Positions 49,002 through 62,554 are shown, counted from the stretch's first letter. The stretch: DNA of 64,000 nucleotides from Octopus sinensis (GCF_006345805.1 NC_043000.1:29016001-29080000); one strand, 5' to 3'. Numbers and translations: made by a program. The notes: a model not told the origin generated them from the sequence alone.

Positions 49002-49441
49002 CATTCCCCGGCAGCGAAAATTTTTTACCCACGAAAGTTCCGGACCTCAGTAATGAACTCATTTGCATACAGCCAATCAGAGCAGAGCCACCTTTAAACC
49101 TGTATAACTTTTTAAAAACGTTTTTCTGGAAAAAATGAAATAACTCCAGCAATTCAGTTTGGGCAAATGTATTATTGTGCCAACGTCAGAAAGCATCTAA
49201 AGATTAACACCAAGAAGGAAAAAATATTATTTACATATATTTATTCGTTTGCCCGACAGGTAGTTAGAGGACAGAGAAGTTGCTGTCTGTCAGTAGAGAC
49301 GGAACGAGTAAGGAATGCACGGTGCGGACTAGGAAGGAAGAAAGGATAAAGGTGGCCCTGCTCTGATTGGCTGTATGCAAATGAGTTCTTTACTGGGGTC
49401 CAGAACCCTCGTAGGAAAAAAATTTCGCTCCCCGGCAAATG
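49002..49441. mobile_element. MITE-like element with ~94-bp inverted arms carrying octamer and CCAAT motifs
   Basis: Arms 49002-49095 and 49348-49441; ATTTGCAT 49061-49068 with CCAAT 49073-49077, mirrored as ATTGG 49366-49370 with ATGCAAAT 49375-49382; no TSD identified. Confidence 0.75.
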
Positions 49442-49599
49442 ACCAGGGATACAGGGCTACTGAAGTTTGACACCTTTACTGCGACAGAACATCATCTGAA
49501 AGGTTTTCATCTACTCAGTAAGCTTGGGCATAGCTATGCTGTCAGAGTGACAGTAGCGTAACTAACCAGTGTAATCTATCTTAAACAACATTCTCCTAT

Positions 49600-50070
49600 G
49601 CTTTGAAGAGCATATCTTTGCAATCCAGAAACAAGAAATAACACCTGAATACTTGAAGCACAAAAGGAATACGAGTGCAGGTAAAACACGTAGAGGTGAC
49701 AACTGATGCAGACCCTATAGAATGAACACCAAAAATGTTAGCCACATCCTAAATAGTTTTTTTTATATGCCATCACTTTGCTTATGAAATATAATTGCCT
49801 CAGACCTAAAGTCGGTCGAAAGTATTGTTCTGAAAATCAAAATATACGAAGTTATAGTTGTATGGAGGACATACTCATCCACAATATGAAAGATTATCGG
49901 TGGAATTTTCCAGATGAAAATTCTGTAAAAGGGACAGATAATGACGTGGGACATTTAAAAGAACGTGTGTACTGTAGTATGCTGTGGCTGTCCAGCAGAT
50001 GTTAGCATAATGTTAAGAAAAAGAAAACATGAATGCTGGACTGATATAATGTTTGCTCATGCTGAAGAAA
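49600..50070 (+). mobile_element. Highly degenerate RTE-like RT C-terminal remnant
   Basis: LKIKIYEVIV resembles TKIKIYKAIV; GCPADVSIMLRKRK resembles ..VEMIRKRQLRW; several frameshifts. Confidence 0.4.
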
Positions 50071-50074
50071 CGTT

Positions 50075-50720
50075 AGCGGAGCTGGCAGAAACGTTAGCGC
50101 ACCGGCGAAATACTTTGCGGTATTTCGGCTGCCGTAACGTTGTGAGTTCAAATTCCGCCGAGGTCGAATTTGCCTTTCATCCTTTCGGGGTCGATAAATT
50201 AAGTACCAGTTACGCACTGGGGTCGATGTAATCGACTTAATCCGTCTGTCTGTCCTTGTTTGTTCTCTCTGTTTTTAGCCCCTTGTGGGTAGTAAAGAAA
50301 TAGGTATTTCGTCTGCCGCTACGTTCTGAGTTCAAATTCTGTCCCCTCTGTTTTTAGCCCCTTGTGGGTAGTAAAGAAATAAGTATTTCGTCTGCCGCTA
50401 CGTTCTGAGTTCAAATTCCGTCGAAGTCGACTTTGCCTTTCATCCTTTCGGGGTCGATTAAATAAGTACCAGTTACGCACTGGGGGTCGATATAATCGAC
50501 TTAATCCGTTTGTCTGTCCTTGTTCATCCTGTGTGTTTAGCCCCTTGTGGTTAGTAAAGATATAGGTATTTCGTCTGCCGCTACGTTCTGAGTTCAAATT
50601 CTGCCGAGGTCGACTTTGCCTTTCATCCTTTCGGCGTCGATAAATTAAGTACCAGTTGCGTACTGGGTGGATCTAATCGACTGCTCCCCCTCCCTAGGCC
50701 TTGTGCCTAGAGTAGAAAAG
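50075..50720 (+). mobile_element. SINE family B multimer (about 3.5 units)
   Basis: Junctions at 50297, 50376 and 50557; terminal tail GGCCTTGTGCCTAGAGTAGAAAAG. Confidence 0.9.
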
Positions 50721-52999
50721 AATATTTGCTTATGCAACGTCCAGAGCTTAACTATAGATTTATACCTGGGATTTATGGAGCATATGTGTATGTAAGTAAC
50801 TGCTGCAGCATCAATCTTGAGAAATTTGGTTTCACCAATCCAAATGTACGCAGCTAATTAAAAATTACATTTACATCCTGTTAATGGAACATATGCAAAT
50901 ATACGTATGTATGCATATACATGAGTGAGAGCATGCAGACCAGCGCACGCATACGCAGGGACATACTTGTACAGATACACACATGTATGGACTATCTAGT
51001 TGATGTTTTCTAAATTCCTCTGAGAGCATCTTGTTCCTGAGTTGGAAACCGGCACTTTTTCTATTGGTGAGAAATTTGTAAATTTGTAAATAATACGTGT
51101 GCGCATGCGCGTCTGTATGTGTCTGTGTTTGTTTATGCTTATATATACACATAAATGCATAATCTGTAATTTATATTGATATCCATAAAAACTTTTCTTT
51201 ATTTCCCTTCTTTCTATTTTGCAGTGTATAGTAATCCACAGCCTATTTTGTATTCTTGAATACTGAATATAATACACGCATTGCAGAACTATTTAATTTG
51301 AGAAAGCCATTGATGGCGTGAATTGAACACAATAGAGAGAACTACCCCAAAACAGAGTGCATTAAGCTTCTTTTCGTGTCAGAACCAAATGGCACTTGTT
51401 TAGATGCCCATCGGGCGGTATGCATATATTTAACCCGACTATCAAACTGACTCAGGTTCTGGGGAATAGTCTAATGTCATAGCGTGCGACCAAGGATTTT
51501 GACATCGGAAGAAAATAAAGGGGAACAACTGATTACTAGTTCATAGATGGCGTCATAGTGAGCAAAATACTTTACAATCTTGAAGGTTAATGGGTTGCCG
51601 TAATTTTCGCATCTCTTCATGCCAAACACAGACGTATTCAGCTGTATTGTCGAGGCCTTCTTTTCAATGCAATATTTGGGCGTGACATTAAGGATAGCAA
51701 TTAGAGTAATTACGCAGTTGGTCTGAGAAGGAAAAGAAGCAGCAGAATAATGTACATTTTACTAAGCAGTCAATATCTTATTGAATTCCCACCGACCAGG
51801 GCGGCATCATGATGACAACAAGATCCAATCAATAAATGTATTCATATATATATTTTTTTTTTCAATCGTAACAGCTCATTCGAAGATTAAAACGTTGGTG
51901 ACCATTGAACTTTTGCGTGAACAATATTATGCGTCCATGCATATGTGCGTATATTTATGCGCATGCGTCCATATTTGCTGAATAACTCCCGGTGAACATA
52001 TTAACTAATACACGCACACATATTTACATACATACCCATACATATATATATATGTGTACATACACATTTGCAAATATTCATATACACACGCGAACACACG
52101 CAGTAGTTCTTGTGTATATATTTAAATATATTCTTGCATCTATGTGTATAGGAATCTCTTGTTGGCTGCTGTATATCTCCATATCGTGCTTTGATCCATT
52201 CTCATGCGTCCGCTTATGCTAATGCGGATGCGTGTTCGTATTGTAGCGCATGTTTTATTTACGCGTTTGTTTGCGTGTTCATAAAGTCTCTGATGTTTAG
52301 CTTTCATCGAAATCTATCCGCCCATGAATATAATAAGAAACTTACTGCTTTTCTTCGAAATATTTCTAATATTAAGTACACGTTCATCTTTTTATATAAA
52401 TTCTTCTCCGTTTAGTTTCTATCGAAAACTATCAGTCCATAAATATACGACGATGTTTACCGCTTCACTCAAAATGTTTCTGTGTGTTTCTTTGCACACA
52501 CACGCGCGCGCGCGCCCTACATCGTCCAGTTTCTCTGTTTGGATATCTTTAATCTTTTATCTTTTACTTGTTTCTACTATTAGACTGCGGCCATGCTAGA
52601 GCACCGCGTTGAAGAACTTTAGTCAAACGAATCAGCCCCAAGTACTTATTTTTTAAAAGCCTGCTATTTACACTATCGGACTGAGATTCGAACCCGCGAT
52701 CACTCGACCGCGAATCCGCTGCTCTAACCACTAGGTCATGTGCCTCCACTTTCTTCTAAATAAGTCTTAAAATATTTCCCTGTAATATTTTCGAGGAACA
52801 AAAATAAATTGTTCATTGAATCGATCCCTATAAATACTAAAACTGGGAATGTGGAAAAACAAATAATTAAAAGAACTAGTCATCCTTCAAATCTGTTGAG
52901 TTTCTAATTGGTCTATATTTCTTTCGCTGGTCTACAATTCCATCCATCCATCCATATACGCCACTCACTATTTCTGAGAGGGTTGTGGGTGTAAAGTCC

Positions 53000-53180
53000 C
53001 CAGGTACCTCCTCCGTAGGTCATTACACTTTCAGGCTAGATTCTGAAACTATGGATATCATCCAACCACTTCGTTCTTGGTCTACTCCAAGGTCACCAAC
53101 GGTTTGGCTCGAATTAAAGAACTCGTCTTGCGATTCTTTACCGCAACGCTCTAATCACGTGTCCATAGTAACCGTCTTTC
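53000..53180 (-). mobile_element. RTE LINE 3' fragment
   Basis: YYGHVIRALR*RIARRVL*FEPNRW*PWSRPRTKWLDDI. Confidence 0.65.
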
Positions 53181-53430
53181 TACAATTAAATATAAATATT
53201 TATCGTAATATAATTACGTGCTTCGTTGTATGGTAAAGAAATTTCCTTTTTAAACTCCTTGGATCCGATTTCAGTTTCAACACACGACACCTTATCGATA
53301 TTATCGATAATATTTCTTCAACTCTGGAGGCACCGGCAAGAAACTTGCCGGATATGGGACCAAAACATAACAAGATGAGATGGGCTTGGGACGAGGCGGG
53401 CTCGAGACGAGAGGCCTTTTTGTTGTATAT

Positions 53431-53483
<53 letters not shown>

Positions 53484-53486
<3 letters not shown>

Positions 53487-53886
53487 TAGTTTTGTTTTTA
53501 TAGCGTGCTTTCACTTCACTACCGAGCGCAGCTCTGTGTGCCTTGGGTATGTGCTGTGATTTGTTGTGATGCTCTGATGGTTATTGTATGGAAAGAGTTC
53601 TGCGTAGGATGTGTGCAGTGCCTAGTAGTGCAATTTTCTGTATGTTATATGTGTTTGTAAGTCCTGGTGTTTTTGTTATGTATTTGTCTGAATATTTTTT
53701 TATCATGCCTAATGCACCTACTATAATAGGAATTGTTTCTGTTTTTAGATTCCACATTCTGGTTACCTCTATTTCCAGGTCTTTGTATTTTGAAATTTTC
53801 TCCCTTTCTTTTAGAGACACGTTGCCATCTGCTGGTATTGATACATCAATTATAAAGCATTTTTTTCATCATGATCTCTGACAACT
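53484..53886 (-). mobile_element. 5'-truncated R4/Dong-type LINE inside a (TAA)n microsatellite
   Basis: EKISKYKDLEIEVTRMWNLKTETIPIIVGALG...LLGTAHILRRTLSIQ* plus 3' UTR; (ATT)n on both sides (53433-53483 and 53887-53943). Confidence 0.9.
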
Positions 53887-53887
53887 A

Positions 53888-53945
<58 letters not shown>

Positions 53946-54041
53946 TGTTGTTATTTTCGTTTGATTAGGAGTTTGTGACCTGTGTTTTCTGTTCGCCTGT
54001 GTATTTAGTATGTTTTTTTGTATATTTATTACGTTTTTGTG

Positions 54042-54092
<51 letters not shown>

Positions 54093-54094
<2 letters not shown>

Positions 54095-54630
54095 CGCAGG
54101 AGTGGCTGTGTGGTAAGTAGCTTGCTTACCACCACATGGTTCCGGGTTCCTTGGGAAAATGTCTTTAACTATAGCCTCGGGCCGACCAAAGCCTTGTGAG
54201 TGGATTTGGTAGACGGAAACTGAAAGAAGCCTGTCGTATGTATGTATGTATGTATGTATGTATGTATGTATGTATGTATGTATGTATATCACATTTTCTG
54301 TTTCTTGTCTTCTTTTTATTTAATTCTGAAAATATTATTTATGTAACGCACACACACCTTAATTTTTACCTATACATGCGCGCACGCGCGTGTGTGTGTG
54401 TGTGTGTGTCTTTGTGTCTGTATTTGTCCCCACAACCATCGCTTGGCCACCGGTGTTGGTGAGTTTACGTTCCGTAACTTAGCGGTTCAGCAGAAGAGAC
54501 AGATAGAATAAGTACCAGGCTTTCAAAATCAGTACTGGGGTCGATTCGATCGATTAGAAATTCTTCAAGGCGGTGCCCCAGCCTGGGCACAATCTAATGA
54601 CTGAAACAAATAAAAGATAATAAGAAAGAT
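54093..54630 (+). mobile_element. SINE family A with expanded internal repeat
   Basis: GGCGCAGGAGTGGCTGTGTGG head through GACTGAAACAAATAAAAGAT tail. Confidence 0.85.
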
Positions 54631-55079
54631 AAAAGATAAATTCTGAAAGGAAAAGAAGAGTTTATAAGTTCTTGAATCGTCTTCATGACGTCACAAGTAC
54701 TTGATTTATCGACCAATAGAAAATAAAGAACATATGAGTACGTGAGTACAACAACGGTGACGCACAAAGCTTGCTGCAAAAACAAAAATATCATGAAAGC
54801 TGACTTTTTACAACTCCTGCCGTCCCCAGCGCTGGGTTTGTCTTAATATAGATTTATGTAATAAATAGGATATCTACCCTCTCTCTTTCTCTCCCCTCTA
54901 TCTCTCCCTCCCTCTCTCCCTCTCTCTCTCACTCTCTCTCTCTCACTCTCTCTCTCTTCCTAGTATATTGATTTCTTATATTCCTCTAATCAAACATAAC
55001 ATTAACCTCGATTGTCCTTGTCTTATTAAACTTCACTTATATTTCCTATTTTATCTTATAATATAAAATCTTCAACATA

Positions 55080-55276
55080 CATACATAGATATATATATAT
55101 ACATATATGTGTGTGTGTGTCTGTGGGTATTTGTACATACATCTATATATGCGAGTGTGTGTGTGCATACACATACACACGTACACACACACACATAAAT
55201 ATAACGATATATATATATGTGTGTGAGCGTGCGTGCGTATTTGTGTGTGTGTAAAGATATAGATATATAATATGTA

Positions 55277-55338
<62 letters not shown>

Positions 55339-55728
55339 TAGATATATATATATAATGTGTGTGATATAGATATATAAATATAGATTATATGGATATATAT
55401 AATATATATACATACATGTGTATGTATATATAACGATATATATATATATGTGTGAGCGTGCGTGCGTATTTGTGTGTGTGTAAAGATATAGAGATATATA
55501 ATATGTATATAATGTATATATATATATATATAGATATATATAATATATATATAATATAGATATAGATAATATATATATATGAATGTGTGTGATATAGATA
55601 TAGAATTATAGATGTATATGGATCTATATAATATAATATCTCATACATGTGTATGTATATATAATAACGATATATTATATTGTGTGCGTACGTGGTGTGT
55701 GTATGTGTGTAAAGATATAGATATATAA

Positions 55729-55788
<60 letters not shown>

Positions 55789-56144
55789 GATATATATATA
55801 TATAGATATGAGTGTGTGTTATTAGATATATAAACATAATGTATATGCTACATATAAATATATATATACACAAACATATATAGACATACATGTATATGTC
55901 TGTGTATGTATATGTATGTATATACATACAGACACACACACACACATATACATATATATGTGTGTGTATGTATATGTATGTATATACATACATACACACA
56001 TACATATATATATGCATACATACATAGATATATATATATATACATACATACATATACATACATACTTATATATATATATATACATATATACTATATACAT
56101 ATATATACATATACATACATATATATATATATCTATATATATAA

Positions 56145-56200
<56 letters not shown>

Positions 56201-56310
56201 TATATATATGTATATGTGTATATATATATATATATATACATACACACACATATATATACAGATGTGTATGTATGTATGTATGTATGTATGTATGTATATA
56301 TACGTATGTA
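55080..56310. repeat. TA/TG microsatellite field with a ~230-bp higher-order period
   Basis: ATAACGATAT at 55201, 55430 and 55664; GTAAAGATATAG repeats with the same spacing. Confidence 0.8.
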
Positions 56311-57169
56311 TAATCATTATTCCAGATATCAAATTACTACTCCGCCATCATCGCCGCCGCCAGCGCCTACCTACACCTTGTTAACTTTTCTTCGGTCTTT
56401 CATTGCATCAATCAATATCTAATAGAACTGCTTTCCTGTATTTGTCTATAAGTTACCTTCTTCACTTTCATTTTATTATTATGTTTGTTATGTTTACGTT
56501 TTGTTTGCTCTTTTTGTTGTTTTTTCCTTCATTTTTGTTTTCAATATGTCTGTCTTCACCCGCTTCCTTCTCCCGTCCAGCTTTCCTACATTACAAAACT
56601 TCCGTGTTTTCCTCCCACTTATCTCCATTTGATTATATATTTATAATCGTTCTATCTCTCCGTTTATCAGTATTTATTTTTATCTAGTCGTCTATTTATA
56701 TAACCATCTATTTATTCTTCTGTTCAAGCGTATATTTGTCCATCTTGTCATTTATCCAGCCATTTATTAATGCAACCAAGAATAGATGAAAACCTAAAAG
56801 GGATCCCATTATTGCTATTTCTACTCATTTTTATTTCACCTTTCCATGGAAGAAAGGGCAATGCCCATGGCCCTATTCAGGTCTTCGAAGCAGGTAACAC
56901 CTGCTCTGAAGGCAACCAGGAAGTGATTCCCATACCAGAGGCTTAGCCCCCAAGTCTTTCGCGACAGGCACCCAAGGTAACAAGTTGTTGCTATTAAAAC
57001 AAACACGTGTTAAGTTTACCAGCCATGAAGGGAAACTATGTGGAAACATCTGAAGGCTTTGCACACAATTTCCGTTTCCCAAATTTAACTTATAAGACTT
57101 TGGTCAACCCGAGGCCGTACAGTAGGATCGATCTTAAAGCAATGAGGTTGCGAAGCAAAAATCTTAACC

Positions 57170-57590
57170 ATACCTATTTCTTTACTGCCCACAAGGGGCT
57201 ACACACAGAGAGGACAAACAAGGACAGACAAATGGATTAAGTCGATTATATCGACCCCAGTGCGTAACTGGTACTTATTTAATCGACCCCGAAAGGATGA
57301 AAGGCAAAGTCGACCTCTGCAGAATTTGAACTCAGAACGTAGCGGCAGACGAAATGCCTATTTCTTTATTACCCACAAGGGGCTAAACATAGAGGGGACA
57401 AACAAGGACAGACATAGGTATTAAGTCGATTACATCGACCCTAGTGCGTAACTGGTAATTAATTTATCAACCCCGAAAGGATGAAAGGCAAAGTCGACCT
57501 CCGCGGAATTTGAACTCAGAACGTAACGGCAGCCGAAATATGGCTACGCATTTCGCCCGGCGTGCTAACGTTTCTGCCAGCTCACCGCCT
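57170..57590 (-). mobile_element. SINE family B dimer
   Basis: Head near 57590, junction near 57351. Confidence 0.9.
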
Positions 57591-57907
57591 TTTACATTTT
57601 ACACGCTTTCTGCCGAACGACCTGGGGGCCATGGCTAACTATGGAATTATACGGAAGACATAGTCGGGAATATAAATAAGTTCCATAATCAAACACCTCA
57701 ATTCTTCAAAATTTATGTTACTATTATCATGATTAAGTTTTTTTAATTATCAATAAAAATTAATACATCTGGGAGTCATGGAGTCGTGTGAATTGAAGTT
57801 GTTTGCAGTTGCATCTCTGCAAGCAGCTAGACGAAATAATTGGTACCATTCGAATTCAAACTAACATCTGCGCTGGTGAAAAGTGCTGTACATTACTAAA
57901 GTTGCTG

Positions 57908-57961
<54 letters not shown>

Positions 57962-58089
57962 CGTATATTTGCCATTTGAATATGGTTAACCCCTAAGGGT
58001 GGGTGCTACTGTAGTTTGTAGCCCCAGGAGGACACCTCCTCCAGCTGGCTATAGACACACTTTCTGTGCCCTATCAGTATTTGCAAAGG

Positions 58090-58169
58090 TAAGCTTCCTT
58101 CCCGTCCGGTAGTGGTGGTGGTGGTGGTGGTGGTGGAGGTGGTGGTGGTGGTGGTGGAGGTGGTGGTGG

Positions 58170-58209
<40 letters not shown>

Positions 58210-58295
58210 GAAGCAGAAGAAGAAGAAGAAGAAGAAGAAGAAGAAGAAGAAGAAGAAGAAGAAGAAGAAGAAGAAGAAGAAGAAGAAGAAGAAAA
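58090..58295. repeat. Compound (GGT)n-(GAT)n-(GAA)n array
   Basis: Directly visible; abuts the 5'-truncated R4-type LINE. Confidence 0.95.
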
Positions 58296-59595
58296 CATTC
58301 AATGAAAAGGCAAAGGATCAGGAGAGAATGTTATCGCAGGGTAAGGGTAATACTCAAGACAGAGCTGAATGCAAGAAACAGGATCGAAGCGATCAATACT
58401 TTAGCCATACCGATCGTGACTTACAGTTTCAATATCATTAACTGGTCAATTACTGAAATATGTAATCTTGACAGAAAAATACGAAAACTGTTGACAATGC
58501 ATAGAATACACCACCCAAAAAAGATATAGAACGACTTCACCTGCCAAGAAAAGAGGGTGGCCGTGGACTTTTACAACTGGAATTGGCCTAAACACCTACC
58601 TGAAAAATTCTAATGACTGGATCTTAAAACTTCTCTTAAAGCATGAAAACAAGAAAGCATCATACTCAGTAACAAAACCGGTAAAGGAATATCTAAGTGA
58701 ATTCCAAATAGAACAAATCCCAAAATTAGACGTACTAGAAACAAGCACAGAAAAATCTAAGCGTATGAACACCTGTGCCAAAACTGCTGCCTTAGATATT
58801 CTTACTGATAGATGGTAATAAAAAACCTCTCAATGGTAAATACCTAAAGAGAGCTAATAATGCCGATGTTGACAAAGCGCTTACCCATCAATGGTTAGTG
58901 TCTTCTGGCTTAAAATCAGAAACAGAAGGGTTTATCATAGCAGCCCAAAATCAACGCTTCCTTTATGAACCTACTAGGCTAACACATTAAAGAACAGCAG
59001 TAGCCCAATATGTTGTGTATGTAAACAACAAAATGAAACCATTGATCATGTTGTCTCCAAGTGCAGTCTTCTTGCGACTACAGAGTATATCAACAGTTTT
59101 TATCATGGGGTAGGTGCAAGTTTTTGCAAATTAACTAGTGAATATACAAGTGGAAACACAAACCACCTCCAGTACTTGAAAATGATCACCTCTCACTCCT
59201 CTGGAACTTCACCGTTCAAACTGACAGAAAGATAGATGCGAATAGGCCAGATATTATATTGAGAGACTTCAGACAAAAACCATGCCTCCTCATTGATATG
59301 AGTGCCCCAATCAACATAAATGTATGTCAAGACCTACCGAAAACTGAGCAAGTATAAAGATCTTGAAATAGAAATTGGCAAAATTTGGAACCTGAAGACT
59401 AAAACAATACCCGTTGTCATAGGTGCCATAGGAATGATGGCAAAAGGGGTTGATTCCTGCCTAGCTCAGATACCATGAAACTCCAAAATGGCAGAAATTC
59501 GAAAGATAGTGCTCATGGGAACTACCCATATTCTACGTAAAATACTGTCTATGTAATCTCAAATTTTAAAACAAACTCATAATGTTCTTATGCTT
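58296..59595 (+). mobile_element. 5'-truncated R4/Dong-type LINE (RT C-terminus, CCHC, RLE), pseudogenised
   Basis: YRRVRVILKTELNARNRIEAINTLAIPIVTYSF...RLHLPRKEGGRGL; CCVCKQQNETIDHVVSKC; TDRKIDANRPDIILRD...LLIDMS; KYKDLEIEI...GTTHILRKILSM*. Confidence 0.9.
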
Positions 59596-60094
59596 GCCGT
59601 TCTCAAACCATAATAACGATGGTTCTGGTCTCGTGACACTCATAGTTTTGAGGGTAATTGCGTCGAGAATACTTCTGCAAAACTGTTCCCAATTCATTTA
59701 TGAAAGTTCTGATTAACCTGCATTTGGATTTGGAGAGCAAATGCAAATTTAACTTGTGGGCCTTAAGAGTGATATAAGGATGACACGGGGAAGCCATCTA
59801 CAAAGTCTAAATTATTTCCTTTGCTTCTGTTTTTATGGTATTTATTTGGTGATATGCAAAAGCACAGAAGTGCTCAAAACATCCATGTATTGGAAATATG
59901 TAGAGCTTGATATGTTTGCCATATGTAATGTAACAGTGTCACCAAATATACCAAAGGCCTATTTTTTATTTTTATTTCACTTTATTTTTTACAACATACA
60001 TCAGTGAATTGAGACGAATTTCAAATAAGTGTGTAAGTGCATGTCTGTATATATGTATATGTATAACTATATGTATAAGAATATATTTGCGTGT

Positions 60095-60385
60095 AGGCAC
60101 ATGGCCTAGTGGTTAGAGCAGCGGACTCGCGGTCGAGAGATCGTGGGTTCGAATCTCAGATCGAGCAATGTGTGAGTTTATGAGCGAAACACCTAAGCTC
60201 CTCGCGGCTCCGGCAGAAGGTAATGGCGAACTTTTGCTGACTCTTTCGTCACAACTTTCTCTCACTCTTTCCTCCTGCATCTTGCAGCTCACCTGCGACG
60301 GACGGGCGTCCCGTACAGGTGGGCAACCTATACGCCAAGGAAACCGGGAAACCGGTCCTATGAGCCAGGCGTGTCTCGAGAACGA
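60095..60385 (+). mobile_element. SINE family D-related
   Basis: GGCACATGGCCTAGTGGTTAGAGCAGCGGACTCGCGGTCG...GGTTCGAATCTC; tail GAAACCGGGAAACCGG. Confidence 0.8.
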
Positions 60386-60587
60386 ACAAACAACAATATA
60401 TACATATACATGCATACATATGCGTATACATTTGCTAATATACCGTACACGTTTTTAATTTTCGCATACGCATGCGCAAGAGCTCTGAAATACTCGTAGA
60501 TGCATACAGATACAATAAATAACTGTATATATGCGTGTGTGATTGATTCTATGCATGTGTTTGTTCAGGCCTGTATGTGTATGAGCG

Positions 60588-60626
<39 letters not shown>

Positions 60627-61280
60627 ATGCGTCTATATTTGTATATTTGTTTGTTAGGATGTGTCTATAAGTTCGTGTAAAGAGAGCAACGTTCAGAGAC
60701 GAAAGCGTGTGGCGGGAAGTATGGCTGCCTACTTCAACATTGAACACTGTCTTGTCGTCTGCATCAAAACTTTTAATATGTTGAGCGTTTCCATCAGTTA
60801 TAGAAACGAACGAAAAGAAAACGAAAAATTCCACTAATCTCAGTCATTTATTTATAATCAAAATTATAGTTCCAAATAATTCCTATTTGATTCAGCTGCT
60901 CTGTAGAAATAGTTAATTCGTAATTCCACGTAGGATAACCTCATACGATTTCATCTCTATTACAATGTTGGCGAGGCGGTGTGTGTATGCGTATGTATGA
61001 GTGTGGAAGGGTATGTATGTGTGTGTACGTATGTGTTTCTGTTTGTGCGTATGGGTGCGTTGGCATGAAGGGGTATATGTGTGTGGGTGTGTATTTGGCT
61101 TGTGAAAAACTGGATGTATTACGACTGTGTGTGTGTGTGCGTGTGCGCGTGTGTGTATGTAAATGTTTGTACGAATTATTGCGTGTGTGAGCTTGTGTAT
61201 ATGTTCAGCATAGAGTGTATGTCCGTGTATATGTATGGTCATGTCTGTGTATATAGATTGTGGCTGTAGTGTACCGTGTG

Positions 61281-61313
<33 letters not shown>

Positions 61314-61649
61314 TTGGGTGCTGGAATGTAAGCGAACAAGAGATGCAGAAGGTGGAAGAGAATGAAAAAAGCAGAGGGACAGTGCGTATGTGTATGTGTG
61401 GGGGAGAGTGTGTATATGTACGTGCTTGTGTGTATGTGTGTGTGTGTATGCGTGTGTATGTGAGAGAGATCGAAACCAGTGAAGAGGAAGAGTTAATGAA
61501 AAGATATTGAGAGAGAACGAGAGGAAGAGAGAAGTGATAGACATGGATGAAGAATTGAAGAGAGAGAGAGAAAGAAACACAACAGAATTAGAGAGAAATA
61601 TTTTGACAGACGTTTGAGCAGATGTGTACGTGTGACCTTTCATATGTTT

Positions 61650-61839
61650 GTGTGGAGAGAGGCTTGCTTCCCAACCACATGGTTCCGGGTTCAGTCCTTC
61701 AGCGTGGCACCTTAGGCAAGTGTCTTTAACAATAGCCTCGGGTCGACCAAAGCTTTGTGAGTGGATTAGGAAGACGGAAACTGAAAAGAAGCCTGTTGCA
61801 TGTGTGTGTGTGCCTGTGTGTGTGTGCATGTGTGTGTGC

Positions 61840-61904
<65 letters not shown>

Positions 61905-62120
61905 TGTCTCCCACTATTGTGTAACAACTGGTGTTGGCTTGTTTATATTCCTGTAGCCTAGCGGTTCGGCAACAAGAGACCGATAGAATAAGTACCAGGC
62001 TTACAAAAGAAAAAAAAATAAGTACTGGGACTCTATTCATTCGATCAAAAAGTTCTTGAAGGCGATGCCCCAGCATGGCCCCAGTCTAAGAGCAAAAACC
62101 AGTAAAAGATAAAAGATAGA
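61650..62120 (+). mobile_element. SINE family A
   Basis: GCTTGCTTCCCAACCACATGGTTCCGGGTTCAGTCC through GTAAAAGATAAAAGATAG. Confidence 0.8.
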
Positions 62121-62130
62121 ACAGGCGTTT

Positions 62131-62166
<36 letters not shown>

Positions 62167-62261
62167 ATGATAATATGTGTTTGTGTGTCTCCGTTTGTGT
62201 GAGCGTCGTTTATTTGACTGTCTCTTTGTGTATACGCTGAGTGCGTATTTGCAGGTTTGCG

Positions 62262-62292
<31 letters not shown>

Positions 62293-62489
62293 ATCCATCT
62301 ATCTATCTATCTTTATCTATCTGTCTGTCTATCTATCTATCTATCTATCTATCTACCTGTCTCTCTATTTATCAATCTGTCTCTCTATCTATCAATCTCT
62401 ATCTCCCTATCTCTCTTTCTCTTTCTCTCTCTCTATCTTTCTATATCTATAAGTCTCTATATCTATCTCTCTATCACTATGTTTATACC

Positions 62490-62554
<65 letters not shown>

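Noticed and set aside
49609-49680. Candidate 72-nt phase-1 exon EHIFAIQKQEITPEYLKHKRNTSA with donor CAG|GTAAAA
   Set aside because: Better explained as part of the degenerate RTE RT remnant continuing to ~50070.
53292-53352. Paired TATCGATA palindromes and the CCGGCAAG-AAA-CTTGCCGG hairpin
   Set aside because: Short motifs without supporting context; an 8-bp stem is expected occasionally in 64 kb.
56883-56911. Hairpin CTTCGAAGCAGGT-AAC-ACCTGCTCTGAAG and nearby 90-nt minus-strand exon candidate
   Set aside because: An isolated hairpin with no ribozyme topology I could complete, and a weak donor site.
60690-60834. SITDGNAQHIKSFDADD resembling cadherin motifs (protocadherin exon)
   Set aside because: No DxNDN or LDRE motifs, no AG after the pyrimidine tract, and too short; chance similarity.
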